Positions 1 to 10,500 of a DNA stretch of 64,000 nucleotides are shown here, one piece after another. Made by a program: the position numbers and the translations under genes. The stretch is taken from positions 186,001-250,000 of IMG/VR virus record IMGVR_UViG_3300032236_001850. The stretch is one strand, 5' to 3'. How positions within the stretch are numbered: the stretch's first letter is position 1; each line of letters begins with the position of its first letter. The notes beneath the pieces were generated by a model, which had not been told where the DNA came from, searched no databases, and worked only from the letters and a program-made list of their open reading frames with translations.

Positions 1-117
1 ACCGCGGTTCATACTATGTTAGTAACATACTCTCCACGCGTATTGAATTTTAACGGTGGTTTGCATGGTAATTATGAAGTATTCATTATATTTGCTATGT
101 AATTAAAACAATTAAAC

Positions 118-312
118 ATGGAAGAACAAGTTAAAGAAGCCAGAGAACACTTCAGAAATCACAAATCACATATACACATTTATCAGATAGAAGATGATGT
201 CATAGCCGAACTCCTCGGGCGAGAGCATATTCAAAGATTATCTTTCGAGATGAAGATGGATTGCCTTTATGACCATTTGCTTTCCCAAGGTCTTTGTGAT
301 GTGACCGAATAA
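118..312 (+). CDS. hypothetical early protein
   Basis: ORF directly after a promoter repeat and A-rich leader. Confidence 0.7.
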   Translation: MEEQVKEAREHFRNHKSHIHIYQIEDDVIAELLGREHIQRLSFEMKMDCLYDHLLSQGLCDVTE

Positions 313-470
313 TTCACATGTAAACACATATTCACCGCCGGCCGAGGTGGTCTAGCGGGATCCCTGACAGGATAAAAAAATTCCGATGGATACTTGAAAT
401 TTTAACGTTTTATATCGTGGTTTATCAATAGGAATGCCTTATATTTGCCATGTAATTAAAACCAATCAAT

Positions 471-713
471 ATGAATCAAATCACACACGAACAATTAAGA
501 AATCGGCTTAGAGAAGGTTCAACCCGATTCTTTTTCAGAAAGACCAACGGTGAACTAAGACCTGCCTATGGCACAACAGATTTAACAAGAATTCCAAACC
601 ATTCCCATCCAAAGGGAGGTGACGCCCCGGTGGGTACCACTTGCTACTTTGACCTCGATAAGAATGCTTGGCGCTCAGTTTCACACACCCAAGAAATTTG
701 GTCCAATGAATAA
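471..713 (+). CDS. SH3-like beta-barrel protein (DUF2693/WYL_2-like)
   Basis: F.F.K.NGELR.A.GT...YFDLDK.AWRS pattern typical of this phage family. Confidence 0.7.
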   Translation: MNQITHEQLRNRLREGSTRFFFRKTNGELRPAYGTTDLTRIPNHSHPKGGDAPVGTTCYFDLDKNAWRSVSHTQEIWSNE

Positions 714-885
714 ACATGAAATCATAAGCAAGACCAGAAGACTGCTAAACTCCGCGGGCTTCGATGATATGGAATACACAATCAGCTTGCAAGGTCCAAC
801 GGTGATAATGGGAGAGGGCATGGAGGAAAAATTAACACCAGAATTACGAAAAGAAATCCTGGAAACAGGAATGAAGTTTCTATAA
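706..885 (+). CDS. hypothetical protein
   Basis: ATG at 706 overlaps the upstream stop; the ORF-track start at 619 is probably too long. Confidence 0.6.
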   Translation: MNKHEIISKTRRLLNSAGFDDMEYTISLQGPTVIMGEGMEEKLTPELRKEILETGMKFL

Positions 886-1153
886 CCAGGACTTCCTGCT
901 TTGGTCAGGTTATAGCTAAAGGGTGACATTTGAGAGTCACCCTTTTTTTTGTGGCATGAATTAGGCCTGGATACTTGCCCACCGAGGTCGACGGTGTGAC
1001 CGGATTCACATGCATTTTGATTCATGATGAAGCAAGCAATTGTTTTTCCGAATCGGATGATGCTTAACACCGAGGAAAAAACTTTAACGTTTAATATCGT
1101 TGTGAATTAACTATTATGTCTTATATTTGCTTTGCAATTAAAAAATCAAAATT

Positions 1154-1504
1154 ATGGGAACATTAAAAGCAGGAGACATGGTGATGGTAACCACACAGAA
1201 CGCAAACGGTGTGGGATTCATCTATAACACATATCCAGACAAACCAGAGGAAGGAGTCCTAAGAGCATCCATAGCCTGGAGCGACGGTGGATGTAGCGAC
1301 GGCCTTGTTATTTCGGAATTCAAAACCATAGAGAAAACCGGGGTGCTTACAGAAGAGAAAGGAAAAGAAATAATCAAGGAATTAGATGAATTTGCATCGG
1401 GTCTGGATAAGTATTCATTAGGCTTGCCTGGTGGAGTTGACCACACAGGAGAAATGGTTCATATAATCCGAATGGGTCTAATCAACGAGACCGTGGAAGC
1501 TTAG
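1154..1504 (+). CDS. hypothetical early protein
   Basis: ORF after promoter repeat. Confidence 0.7.
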   Translation: MGTLKAGDMVMVTTQNANGVGFIYNTYPDKPEEGVLRASIAWSDGGCSDGLVISEFKTIEKTGVLTEEKGKEIIKELDEFASGLDKYSLGLPGGVDHTGEMVHIIRMGLINETVEA

Positions 1505-1506
1505 TT

Positions 1507-1779
1507 ATGAGTGTTTCGATCAACGGTGAAGGCGCGAAGCTCTGGGGATTAGTCAGAGTTGATAGGGATCGCTACAGAGACACTTCACTGGAAATGTGGC
1601 TGGCCAACGATGAGGAACATCTTAAAGAGCAGATAAAGGAGGAATATCTACAGGATTACAATGACGGTGATTGGTTTAGAAAGGAGGTCGAGAAGGATTT
1701 TGAAGCGGATTGGGAATACACCATATTACCATTTGAAATAGACCTGAGCGGACTAGTAAAACCGTGGACCAAACTTTAA
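1507..1779 (+). CDS. acidic hypothetical protein
   Basis: Coupled to upstream ORF; D/E-rich. Confidence 0.7.
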   Translation: MSVSINGEGAKLWGLVRVDRDRYRDTSLEMWLANDEEHLKEQIKEEYLQDYNDGDWFRKEVEKDFEADWEYTILPFEIDLSGLVKPWTKL

Positions 1780-1844
1780 CGGTTTTTATCGTTGTGATTA
1801 CAAATAATTTCTTACTTTTACTCTGTAATTAAAATCAACCCATT

Positions 1845-2255
1845 ATGACAAAAGCAACATTAAGACAACAATTAGAAGCCTTCGATAGAGGCATTTACCT
1901 CGATTCCGACGGTAAGGAAAGTTGGTGCTACACTTTCTACGATTGGTTCTGTCAGGACTCATCACTGAAGAGAAAATCTGATAAATTATTCAAACAGGTT
2001 AAACGATTTGTAGCAGCAAACCCAAACATCAACCAGGATAAAACCTATGTGTTCTTCAAGAACAACTGTCCGATGAACGGACCTTTATACGATTCATTCT
2101 CAATCTGTGATATTGAAGGTGGTGGAGTTCTATACTGGGTTACAGGTAAGAGCGGACACACTTACCAAGCCGAGGTGTACTCCAGTGCTACTGGATTTGA
2201 AACTCCAGCAAGAACAGGTAAAAAATTCTCAGATTTAGTGAGGGATCCCCTATAA
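1845..2255 (+). CDS. hypothetical phage protein
   Basis: ORF after promoter repeat; FYDWFC and FKNNCP motifs. Confidence 0.75.
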   Translation: MTKATLRQQLEAFDRGIYLDSDGKESWCYTFYDWFCQDSSLKRKSDKLFKQVKRFVAANPNINQDKTYVFFKNNCPMNGPLYDSFSICDIEGGGVLYWVTGKSGHTYQAEVYSSATGFETPARTGKKFSDLVRDPL

Positions 2256-2509
2256 AATACATGCTCCATAATAATGGTGGTTTTAAAGGTGGGGGCCTCG
2301 TGAAAGCGAGGCTCTTTTTTTGTGACCAATCGCTAAGCAATTATCCACTGCTAGACACCGTTGACAACGGTGTGATGTAGATGATTCGATCGGGACCTCA
2401 AAAGATAGTATGTTACTAAGATACTCTCACGCGAGAAACTTTAACGGAATTTATCGTGGTTATATCAAATTGATTACTTACATTTACCATGTAATTTAAA
2501 CCAACCATT

Positions 2510-2767
2510 ATGAAAAAAGCAGCATTAATCTTTATCCGTTGGGGCATCTTCTACCCGATAACAATACCATTAATGTTTATATACGGTGTACCCACAGCGG
2601 CGGTGTTCTTCCTGTGGGAATGGATAGAAGATAAAAAGAAAACCAGTAACAAATTTGATAGCCGAGGTGCTAAGGCATTGAGAAAGTATGGTAGAATAAC
2701 ATCTATACCTTACTTCTTCTTGGCCCGGGTGGATGATAAGCTAAATCCAAATGGAAAGAGATTCTAA
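2510..2767 (+). CDS. membrane protein
   Basis: Hydrophobic N-terminal segment. Confidence 0.65.
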   Translation: MKKAALIFIRWGIFYPITIPLMFIYGVPTAAVFFLWEWIEDKKKTSNKFDSRGAKALRKYGRITSIPYFFLARVDDKLNPNGKRF

Positions 2768-3047
2768 TAAATTAATAAAGGCTAGGGAAGCAGCGTTAAA
2801 CTCCGTCGTCGGCGGTGTGATAGCGTGTCCATCCTGCGGAACACGCCACGCAAAATCCAGTTATCAATCAGTATTCTGTAAGTCAAAAGGCGGTACAAAA
2901 TGTAAAGATAATTACTGGAACAATGTCGACGGTGAGAAGCGGGACAACAAGACAAGAATTTCTCCAGCTAGAGAGAAATGGAATAAGCGAGTAAAGACAG
3001 AGAATAGTCTTAGAAAGGTTAAAAAAATGTTGGGTGTACTTAAATAA
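2751..3047 (+). CDS. zinc-finger protein
   Basis: CPSC...C...C motif. Confidence 0.65.
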   Translation: MERDSNKLIKAREAALNSVVGGVIACPSCGTRHAKSSYQSVFCKSKGGTKCKDNYWNNVDGEKRDNKTRISPAREKWNKRVKTENSLRKVKKMLGVLK

Positions 3048-3121
3048 AACTTTAACGTTTTTTATCGTTGATATCTCGAAAGGATCCCTTATATTTGCTT
3101 AGTAATTAAAACAAAAATAAA

Positions 3122-3358
3122 ATGGCTTCAGATTCTAAAAAAAATTCACATGATTCATTAAGAAACCCCAAGATTGGTGATAAAGTAGCTGTGCAGACTC
3201 ATTCCGACGGAAAAAAAATATGTGTTGTTGATAGTATTAATAATGAAAAAATTCATTTTAAAAATAGAAATTTTGGATTGGAGGTTAATCTTAATATGAT
3301 TTTTAATTTGGAAAAACCATATAGAGGTGCAAACTTTTTTTACCAATCCATTAATTAA
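3122..3358 (+). CDS. hypothetical protein
   Basis: ORF between two promoter repeats. Confidence 0.6.
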   Translation: MASDSKKNSHDSLRNPKIGDKVAVQTHSDGKKICVVDSINNEKIHFKNRNFGLEVNLNMIFNLEKPYRGANFFYQSIN

Positions 3359-3430
3359 AACCTTAACGGATTTTATCGTTATAACCACGAAAGGGTTTCT
3401 TATATTTGCTTAGTAATTAAAAATGAACAA

Positions 3431-3679
3431 ATGAACGAGATTAGAGACATTAACGATAGAGTACTTAAAAATCTGGATGTTATCGACCTTCACCAAACAG
3501 TCAACGGTGAAAACCTATTCATTGTGGCAGATTTGGAAGCCAAGGACATTCGATACTTTCATAATCCCTCATTGAAATACGAATACTCCGTTGATGACCT
3601 ATTCAGACCAGACAGGTACACAGGTGAGGTAGAATTTGAAATAATGGATAAGGAATGGGTAAATTGGGTAGAACTTTAA
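3431..3679 (+). CDS. hypothetical protein
   Basis: ORF between two promoter repeats. Confidence 0.7.
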   Translation: MNEIRDINDRVLKNLDVIDLHQTVNGENLFIVADLEAKDIRYFHNPSLKYEYSVDDLFRPDRYTGEVEFEIMDKEWVNWVEL

Positions 3680-3740
3680 CGTTTTATATCGTTGTTATCT
3701 CGAAAGGATCCCTTATATTTGCCCTGTAATTAAAACAAAA

Positions 3741-3941
3741 ATGACAAACACTATCATCTTCTTCCTTGCATTATGCTTCACCTTTTACTTCTTAGGTAAG
3801 CTAGCCACTTGGATGGTCTATAAAATAGCACCACAAAATTGTAAAAGAGAATTTGGAGGTAAAGATATTTTTATTACGAACACAGTGATGCTCATGGGTA
3901 TTATCCTTTGGACAATTTTATTTCACAATCTAACTCATTAA
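3741..3941 (+). CDS. two-helix membrane protein
   Basis: Two hydrophobic segments. Confidence 0.65.
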   Translation: MTNTIIFFLALCFTFYFLGKLATWMVYKIAPQNCKREFGGKDIFITNTVMLMGIILWTILFHNLTH

Positions 3942-3943
3942 AA

Positions 3944-4219
3944 ATGAAAAAATTCTCATATAAAATATTAATACTGGCGCTTATCCTAAGCCTAACCAGC
4001 TGCGCAGATGCAGAAACCGTGGACACTTGCTTGAAGGGACACACGTATGGATTTTGGGGTGGTCTCTGGCATGGACTTATAACACCATTCAGTTTTATAG
4101 GCTCATTAATCTGGGACGACATAACAGTCTATGCGGTTAACAACAACGGTGGATGGTACGATTTCGGCTTCTTGCTCGGCGTCGGCGGCTTGGGATTCGG
4201 TGGTGGTAGGAAAAGTTAA
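3944..4219 (+). CDS. lipoprotein-like membrane protein
   Basis: MKK signal with LTSC lipobox; GFWGGLWHG and WYDFGF motifs. Confidence 0.75.
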   Translation: MKKFSYKILILALILSLTSCADAETVDTCLKGHTYGFWGGLWHGLITPFSFIGSLIWDDITVYAVNNNGGWYDFGFLLGVGGLGFGGGRKS

Positions 4220-4717
4220 GGTTTCCATAATGCCTTAGAATTGGTTGGTTAATATGCTCGAAAAGGAAGACTTTGGTCTTCCTTTTTTTTGTGACCTTTT
4301 GACATGAAATCAGGGCGGCTCCCAATCCCACCGAGGACGACGGTATGATTGGATTATCCGATCGGGACCTCAAAAAATTGGAAAATAATTTTTTTTATTT
4401 GAAAGTTTTTCTTATATTTGTGGAGTAATTAAAATCAACACACATGTCAAAAACACACACAAGAGCTTCTCATAAGAGAACAATCTCAACAAGAACAGGT
4501 AACACCAATAGTAGAAAGACCATAACCGTTAGCAGTACCACGGTGAAAAGAAAGTAACCATGAGAAAGATTGGAAATTGGATACTTAAGGAATTATTATT
4601 GGAAATCAATCTAAACCCATCCCGAGGTGTTTACCACGTGAGAATGGGTTGGATTTGGATCATTTACTTCGGTGTTAAACTACTCGCAGGATTTCTTCAT
4701 CTATTAAAAGACCTATT

Positions 4718-5011
4718 ATGAAACTTTGGATGCTATTAATGGTTGGCTATGGTGTCTACCTTGCCTTCTTCAAGAAAGAGCCGGAGGTGCTAGAGGATCC
4801 GACCGAGCCCTCAAAAGATACTATGTTAGTAACATACTCTCCACGCGAGGGCCACGGTGAGAGACACGAGACGAGACATGAGCTAACCGAAGGAGCCAAG
4901 AGACTCATGGAATCTAATCTTAGTGATAAACAAAAGAATGATTATAAAGAAATATTTGGTAAAGATTTCTTAGACAAAAACGCTGAGGACACACCATTCA
5001 CCGATGTTTAA
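4718..5011 (+). CDS. membrane-anchored hypothetical protein
   Basis: N-terminal TM segment; contains an operator-like repeat in frame. Confidence 0.55.
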   Translation: MKLWMLLMVGYGVYLAFFKKEPEVLEDPTEPSKDTMLVTYSPREGHGERHETRHELTEGAKRLMESNLSDKQKNDYKEIFGKDFLDKNAEDTPFTDV

Positions 5012-5441
5012 CCCAACCCGAGGTATAAAGCATCAGACCGATTCGAAAGAGTCGGTTTTTTTGTGGGCTTTACCTTTTGATATGAATTAGGCCTGTCCTC
5101 TTTCTCACCGTCGACAACGGTGTATCTGAAGTTTATTTTAAGAGAATCTCCAATTGGAATCCTATGGAATCTCCAATGGGAAACACCGCGGAAAAACTTT
5201 AACGAAAAAATTCGTTGGGTATTAGTAAGTATTCATTATATTTGCTTAGTAATTAAAACAAACCAATCATGACAGAATCACAGGAAAAACAATTGGAATT
5301 AGAAATACTGATGTCATTAGAGAATGCAGCCTGTATAGGAAGAAGCCAACAAGACTACGGTGAATATTGTAAGAGACTAACTGCTGGTCTAATGACTAAA
5401 ATAAGAACATTTAACAAAAGTGAAACCACTAAAGAAAAATA

Positions 5442-5633
5442 ATGGCACGGATAATCAATAAAGTACACATCTCCACAATCCAACCAGGAGATGTTATATT
5501 TCACAACGGTGCTGACCGTACTCTCTCACAGAAAGATATTAAACATTGTCCTTTCATGGGCACAACGGTGTTTGGCGATTCTTACCATTTGGGGTACAAA
5601 CAAGTTAATAAAGTAACATTTAAAACTAATTAA
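5442..5633 (+). CDS. hypothetical protein
   Basis: ORF in early cassette. Confidence 0.65.
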   Translation: MARIINKVHISTIQPGDVIFHNGADRTLSQKDIKHCPFMGTTVFGDSYHLGYKQVNKVTFKTN

Positions 5634-5634
5634 G

Positions 5635-5820
5635 ATGGCAGAGTATAAAGTAACATTAACAATAGAACTCACGGTGCAAAGCTATTTAACAGAGGATGAA
5701 ATAGGCGATAACGTTGCAGAACAAATCAGCGTTAATTTCTTGGGCCAAGATATAACCGACGTTGAAATAGAGAGCGACCGTCTTGTTACTGTTGAGGTTT
5801 GGCAGGAAGGAAATGTATAA
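5635..5820 (+). CDS. acidic hypothetical protein
   Basis: Coupled to upstream ORF. Confidence 0.65.
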   Translation: MAEYKVTLTIELTVQSYLTEDEIGDNVAEQISVNFLGQDITDVEIESDRLVTVEVWQEGNV

Positions 5821-6094
5821 CGCACAACTAAACCGGCAACGGTGTAACCAAGAGGCTCAGCCTCTTTTTTTGTGGCCTTTTGACATGAAATCAGGGCGGC
5901 TCCCAATCCCACCGAGGACGGCGGTGGGAACAAGGGCAGGTCCTTAAACATAGTATGTTACTAAGATACTCCGCACGCGAGGGAGAAATCACCGAAGCCT
6001 TAGGTTACAGCTGAGCACAAGTGCTCCACACCGATGCCCGCGGAGGGTGCACGTCTTGCCCTTTTATTTTTTATGAGGTTTCCCACTGGGACCA

Positions 6095-6182
6095 CAAGAA
6101 AGGGCCTGGTAGATTACCTACCAGACCCTAACCAAACAAAACCAATTATTAAACCTATGGGATAACCAGTCCCTTATTATGA
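6095..6182 (-). ncRNA. putative small RNA
   Basis: Reverse-strand early promoter (6187-6237) and intrinsic terminator (hairpin 6101-6129) with no ORF between them. Confidence 0.55.
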
Positions 6183-6397
6183 TGGAGCAAATATAAGAAA
6201 TCCTTTTTGAATCCAAACGATACCAAACCGTTAAAGTTTCAACAACGGTGTGTTTCCAGAGGCTCCAAGAAAAATCCCCAGATGGAATTCAGATGGACCC
6301 GATGCTTTCCACCGTGAGAAAAACTTTAACGGATTTTATCGTTATTAATTAGTTTTTATACATTATATTTGCTTAGTAATTAAAACCAATTCACATT

Positions 6398-6871
6398 ATG
6401 AAAAAAATCACAATCTTATTAGCTTTGACCATCGGTGTATCAGCATGGTCTCAATGTCACAAATCTGAAATCCCTTCTTCAGTTACTGCAACCTTCAGCG
6501 GTGGATTCGCCAAGACCATGTGTGGGGAATTATCTTTTCGTCTCAGAACTTTCTATGTCGGCGCCGGTGTGGGAGTGATGGTCGATAATGAAATTAGAAA
6601 TGAAGGTGGTATCATTTATACTAGAAACGATCATGCTTACTTCGTAAACCTCGGGTTTCAAAAGGACAACATCCACTACGGTGTGAGAATCGGGAATCAA
6701 ACCCAAGTTCATGTTACTGGAACAGTCGGCGGTGTGAGACAGGAGCTACCTAATGAAAACAAACTCTTGGTAGGAGCGCTCATCGGCTACAGTGTTACAC
6801 CGCGAATCAGATTTAATCTCGGCTACGATACATTTAATAAAGTCAACCTAGGTGCTGCTTTCGGGCTCTAG
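6398..6871 (+). CDS. outer-membrane beta-barrel-like protein
   Basis: Signal peptide; alternating Gly/aromatic strands. Confidence 0.6.
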   Translation: MKKITILLALTIGVSAWSQCHKSEIPSSVTATFSGGFAKTMCGELSFRLRTFYVGAGVGVMVDNEIRNEGGIIYTRNDHAYFVNLGFQKDNIHYGVRIGNQTQVHVTGTVGGVRQELPNENKLLVGALIGYSVTPRIRFNLGYDTFNKVNLGAAFGL

Positions 6872-7292
6872 TTAAAACACCCAAACATAGTATGTTACTA
6901 AGATACTATGCACGCGAGGGCTCACGGTGAGGAACGTGAGCCTTTTTTTGTTTAAAGGTTAAGGAATTAGATTGAACAAACGTGTAAGCACCGTCGGCCG
7001 CGGAGAAATGCATGTGAAAGAAGAGAAAGCCATAAGAAAGGGAAGAGAAGAAAGAGAAAGAGATAAGAAGAAGATAAAGAAGAGACAGATGTAACACACC
7101 GTGGCCCTGGAGCACTTAGACCCCTATAGCTAAAATTAAAGTTAAGCTTAGGTAAAGCTAGGTAAAATAGTACTAAACCGTCGACGACGGTGGGACACGG
7201 ATTTGCTTATTTCAAAACGTTAAAGTTTGAAAGAAATTTTTTTTATTAAAAAGAAAGCCTTATATTTGCTCTGTAATTAAAACATAAACAAT

Positions 7293-7526
7293 ATGAAAAA
7301 TCTAATCATCTTAATTTTAATCGTCCTAGGTTTATCACTGCAATCTTGTGGTAGTGCTTGTGCAAGAACTCACAGATACTGGAACACTCATCGTTGCGTG
7401 CAAACAACGGTGAAGACAAGTAAGCAAGAAGAAAAATCATCTTCTCTATTTAACAACATAAACGCCGGTGCAGCACGGATGCTCTGTTTTGATCAGATGC
7501 AAACTGACCGAGGTGTAATCACATAA
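7293..7526 (+). CDS. putative lipoprotein
   Basis: LQSC lipobox. Confidence 0.6.
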   Translation: MKNLIILILIVLGLSLQSCGSACARTHRYWNTHRCVQTTVKTSKQEEKSSSLFNNINAGAARMLCFDQMQTDRGVIT

Positions 7527-7983
7527 GCATGTTTTAATTACACTCTAACTGCTCGAAAAGAGGCTCAGGGAAACCTGGGCCCTTTTTGTGGGGTGCCCCC
7601 AAATATCTATTATAAGCATGTAGCCCACCGATGCCGACGGTGAGCAAAGGGAAGACATCCTTAATTTAATGGCATGCTCTTGCCCGAGGTGAATTACCTT
7701 TTTACATTGCCTAATTTTAAAATGCAAATTTATGCATGTTAATCACCGTCAAAAACTAAGCCCCCCTCCAATATTATGAAGGGGGGTAAAATTAGGGTCC
7801 CCTATAGGGGCTATGAAGCCCCCTCGTATAAGGAGCATATTGGGGGCCTGAAAGAGCTTATTAGGGGACCCTTATTTTGGAGAAAGCCTTGTATACTATG
7901 TAAGGGACCCCGGTTTTGAAGGGCCAATTTGAGGGGGCCTCGTGCGTGGCATAGGGTGGGCACCGTGAGAACGCTTCGGCGGT

Positions 7984-8107
7984 TCTAACAAGAATGGGCA
8001 AGAGTTCCGACTTACTCTAACAAGAATGGACAAGAGTTTCTACTTACTCTAACAAGAATGGACAAGAGTTTCTACTTACTCTAACAAGAATGGGCAAGAG
8101 TTTCGAC
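7984..8107 (+). repeat. 4 x 32-bp tandem repeat
   Basis: TCTAACAAGAATGGRCAAGAGTT units at 7984, 8016, 8048, 8080, without spacers. Confidence 0.9.
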
Positions 8108-8286
8108 TCTCTACTCTCTCTACTCTAATAATGGATGGCAAGGGTCAATTCAGTTCCACTATAACTATGGCAGAGATCCCATTCTCTGATCCCATTCTCT
8201 ATATAGCAGCAAAGTACCCCTTCATTTGTTCCGTCTGGATAGGGACTTGGTTCACCTAGATATATAAGAGAAACAAATATCATTTT

Positions 8287-8607
8287 ATGAAACACCTTAA
8301 GCCAATCAACGAGTTCTTTTTCTTTGGAGGAACAACTAGATTCATCATCGTGGAAGGCACAGAGCCATTCCACACAGAGATCCAAGCCCGCATAGACGCC
8401 ATGGAGGAATCGGGAGAGTTGGCCATAGTTGATATGTCCACTTGTGATGTGGCAGAGATTGAAGCAGCTGTGGCATCTGATGCCATGAAGATCCTTTTCG
8501 TTAACGGAGACGAGTGTGATCGTGCCATTAGATACGCTGTCATGGATCTACATCCTGAGATCATCCCTGCCCCTGAGTTGTCTCAAGAAGATCTTGACGT
8601 GTCCTAA
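8287..8607 (+). CDS. acidic putative virion protein
   Basis: GATATATA upstream; MKHLKPINEF N-terminus. Confidence 0.7.
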   Translation: MKHLKPINEFFFFGGTTRFIIVEGTEPFHTEIQARIDAMEESGELAIVDMSTCDVAEIEAAVASDAMKILFVNGDECDRAIRYAVMDLHPEIIPAPELSQEDLDVS

Positions 8608-8723
8608 TCCCATCTTTAGAGTCAATAGCAATCCCTGGGTGTGGGCCCGGCCCCTAGAAAAATGAGGCGCAAAATGGCTCCACAGCGCCTTCGCCTTGGT
8701 TTTATTGGAAGATATATAGCAAC

Positions 8724-9116
8724 ATGAAAAGAATCAAAACATTTGAGGAACTCTTTGAGAGCATGCTAGACGGCTCGCTGAGAATTCAGAGGAACGAACT
8801 CGACAAGACATCCTGGGAATACAGCTGGTTGCTTGGTGGCAGAGAGGTTGGGGGGATGATGGTCTTTGTGGACGGAGGGAATGCTAGCATCGTGAGTTTC
8901 TTCAAACACAGAGGCAGGGAGACGCCGAGAGGTTGTGGGTATGTATTCATCAAGATGTGCATCGACGATCTGCTGGAATCTGGATTTGCTGTGCATCAGG
9001 CTGATCACACATCCAATGCAAACTCCCAAGTGATTTGGAGAAAGCTTGCAAATGAATACAAGGTGGAGACCACGACTTGGAGAGGAGATCCTGCCAAGGT
9101 TATTAGAAAAAAATGA
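8724..9116 (+). CDS. GNAT-like putative virion protein
   Basis: RGCG motif and N.NSQ.IW.KL resemble GNAT motifs; capsid-targeting-like N-terminus. Confidence 0.5.
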   Translation: MKRIKTFEELFESMLDGSLRIQRNELDKTSWEYSWLLGGREVGGMMVFVDGGNASIVSFFKHRGRETPRGCGYVFIKMCIDDLLESGFAVHQADHTSNANSQVIWRKLANEYKVETTTWRGDPAKVIRKK

Positions 9117-9330
9117 TACAAGATGTCAAAAGCAAAGAAGGTTGGCAAACAAAAAGCCAACAGAGGTAATCAAGTAAAAAGAGCTCGAGTGATTAAAGCC
9201 AACGAGACAATTCTTTCGAGATTAAAAGGTTAATTTAAAAGTTCATCACCACGATGGACTTTTTTGTGTGATTTCGAATTTTCACCGAGGGAATTGATTA
9301 TATTTGGGATTCAAATGAAGGATGTGAGAC

Positions 9331-10500
9331 ATGGCGAAAATTGTGGAGATTAAATTCATATACCTTGACACGATGGATCTGGGTCATATGGTGGGTAAAT
9401 ATCTTGTGGATGGCAATGAATATGAACTGAGGTACACCGAGGATAACCAAGTTACTGGATATCACAAAACCGGAATATATCGGATGATTGATGGAGAATT
9501 AAGGATGGACACAAAGATACAGATCACTGGCGATTCCTATATTGAGGTAAATAGATCCACTGGAGCAACTCATAGAGTCGATTCCAGATATGGCGCAGCG
9601 ATTGACAGGTATGATAAGAAGGGAAGGGATCTGGTGCAAATAATAAAAAATAGTATTGTTGAATGGAAGAGACTAAAATAGATTTCAGTTTCACTTGGTT
9701 TAAAGGAATGCCAGCGAGAAACTCAATGTATCTCTTCCATTATATGGATGGTGAAACTTATGATGTTGATGTATCAGGGTACATTAGTGGAAAATTTGTA
9801 TTAGGCGATGACATCCATGCTTGTTTCCCGTCACATCAAAGATTACATTTAACAGGAACCAATTTAGAGGAACTTCGAAATTTTTCAGTACAATGGGAAA
9901 AAATATTATAGACGTTGAAAGAGTCGAGTTTATCTATGATATTCGAATGAAGGAATCGGGTATCTCCGGGTATTTATTAGGAGAAGGATATAAGGATTCA
10001 TTGATAGAAAATATGAAATATGTAGCCAAGACCAGAAAATGGGGAGAACATAAAGACACAGGTAAACCCCTGATGGCAGTGGAGATTTTTGGTACATTTT
10101 TAATGAGTAGCGGAAATAAATTCACTACCAACGAAGGACAATGTAATAACGGATGGCTAATACCTGGATTAAGCTGGGATAAATTTAAGGTTCTAAATAT
10201 CGAATGGGTGAAAATTCAATAAAATCAGAATCCTGGGAATTTATCTATGATGTATCATTTGACCAATTTGATACATGGGAGATTCTGGGTAGTGGACCTG
10301 TTAGATTTGTTCATAATGAAAATTATAGGGTTCTGTTTGGGAGTGAAACATATTTCCTAGTTTATGGCAGATTCTTGGGTAAGGATAAATGGGCTACGGT
10401 AGACATGGTTTCCCAGGGATGGGCTTGTGATATAATGTACGCAGATAAAATGAAACTGTTTAATCCTCGTAAAAAGTGGATATCCCTTGGCGTCTTATAG
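9331..10500 (+). CDS. tandem array of four paralogous proteins (9331-9681, 9663-9911, 9893-10222, 10204-10500)
   Basis: Shared F.Y/W near the N-terminus and conserved Trp near the C-terminus; successive overlaps. Confidence 0.6.

Larger units (their letters stand above)
48..6385 (+). promoter_or_regulatory. repeated early promoter, class A: TTAACG-N8-CGT(T/G)...TAnnTTTG...GTAATTAAAA
   Basis: Copies near 48, 400, 1081, 1774, 2438, 3049, 3360, 3673, 5197, 6323 and reverse at 6187-6237; TAnnTTTG is the Bacteroidota -7 box. Confidence 0.85.
10..6920. repeat. dispersed ~30-bp element ATA(G/C)TATGTTA(C/G)TAA(G/C)ATACT..CACGCG
   Basis: Five copies at about 10, 2404, 4817, 5949, 6886. Confidence 0.85.
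333..7642. repeat. dispersed palindrome CACCG-N7-CGGTG
   Basis: Exact at 980, 2356, 5106, 5910, 7626; one mismatch at 333, 2801, 4329, 6029, 6989, 7176. Confidence 0.85.

Noticed and set aside
10-41. dif/Xer site
   Set aside because: Only TATGTTA resembles the XerD arm; the XerC arm and spacer architecture are absent.
6906-7115. Minus-strand ORF with a hydrophobic low-complexity product
   Set aside because: Explained by the purine-rich tract; no promoter or leader supports it.
7984-8107. CRISPR array
   Set aside because: The repeats are directly adjacent with no unique spacers, and no cas genes are present.
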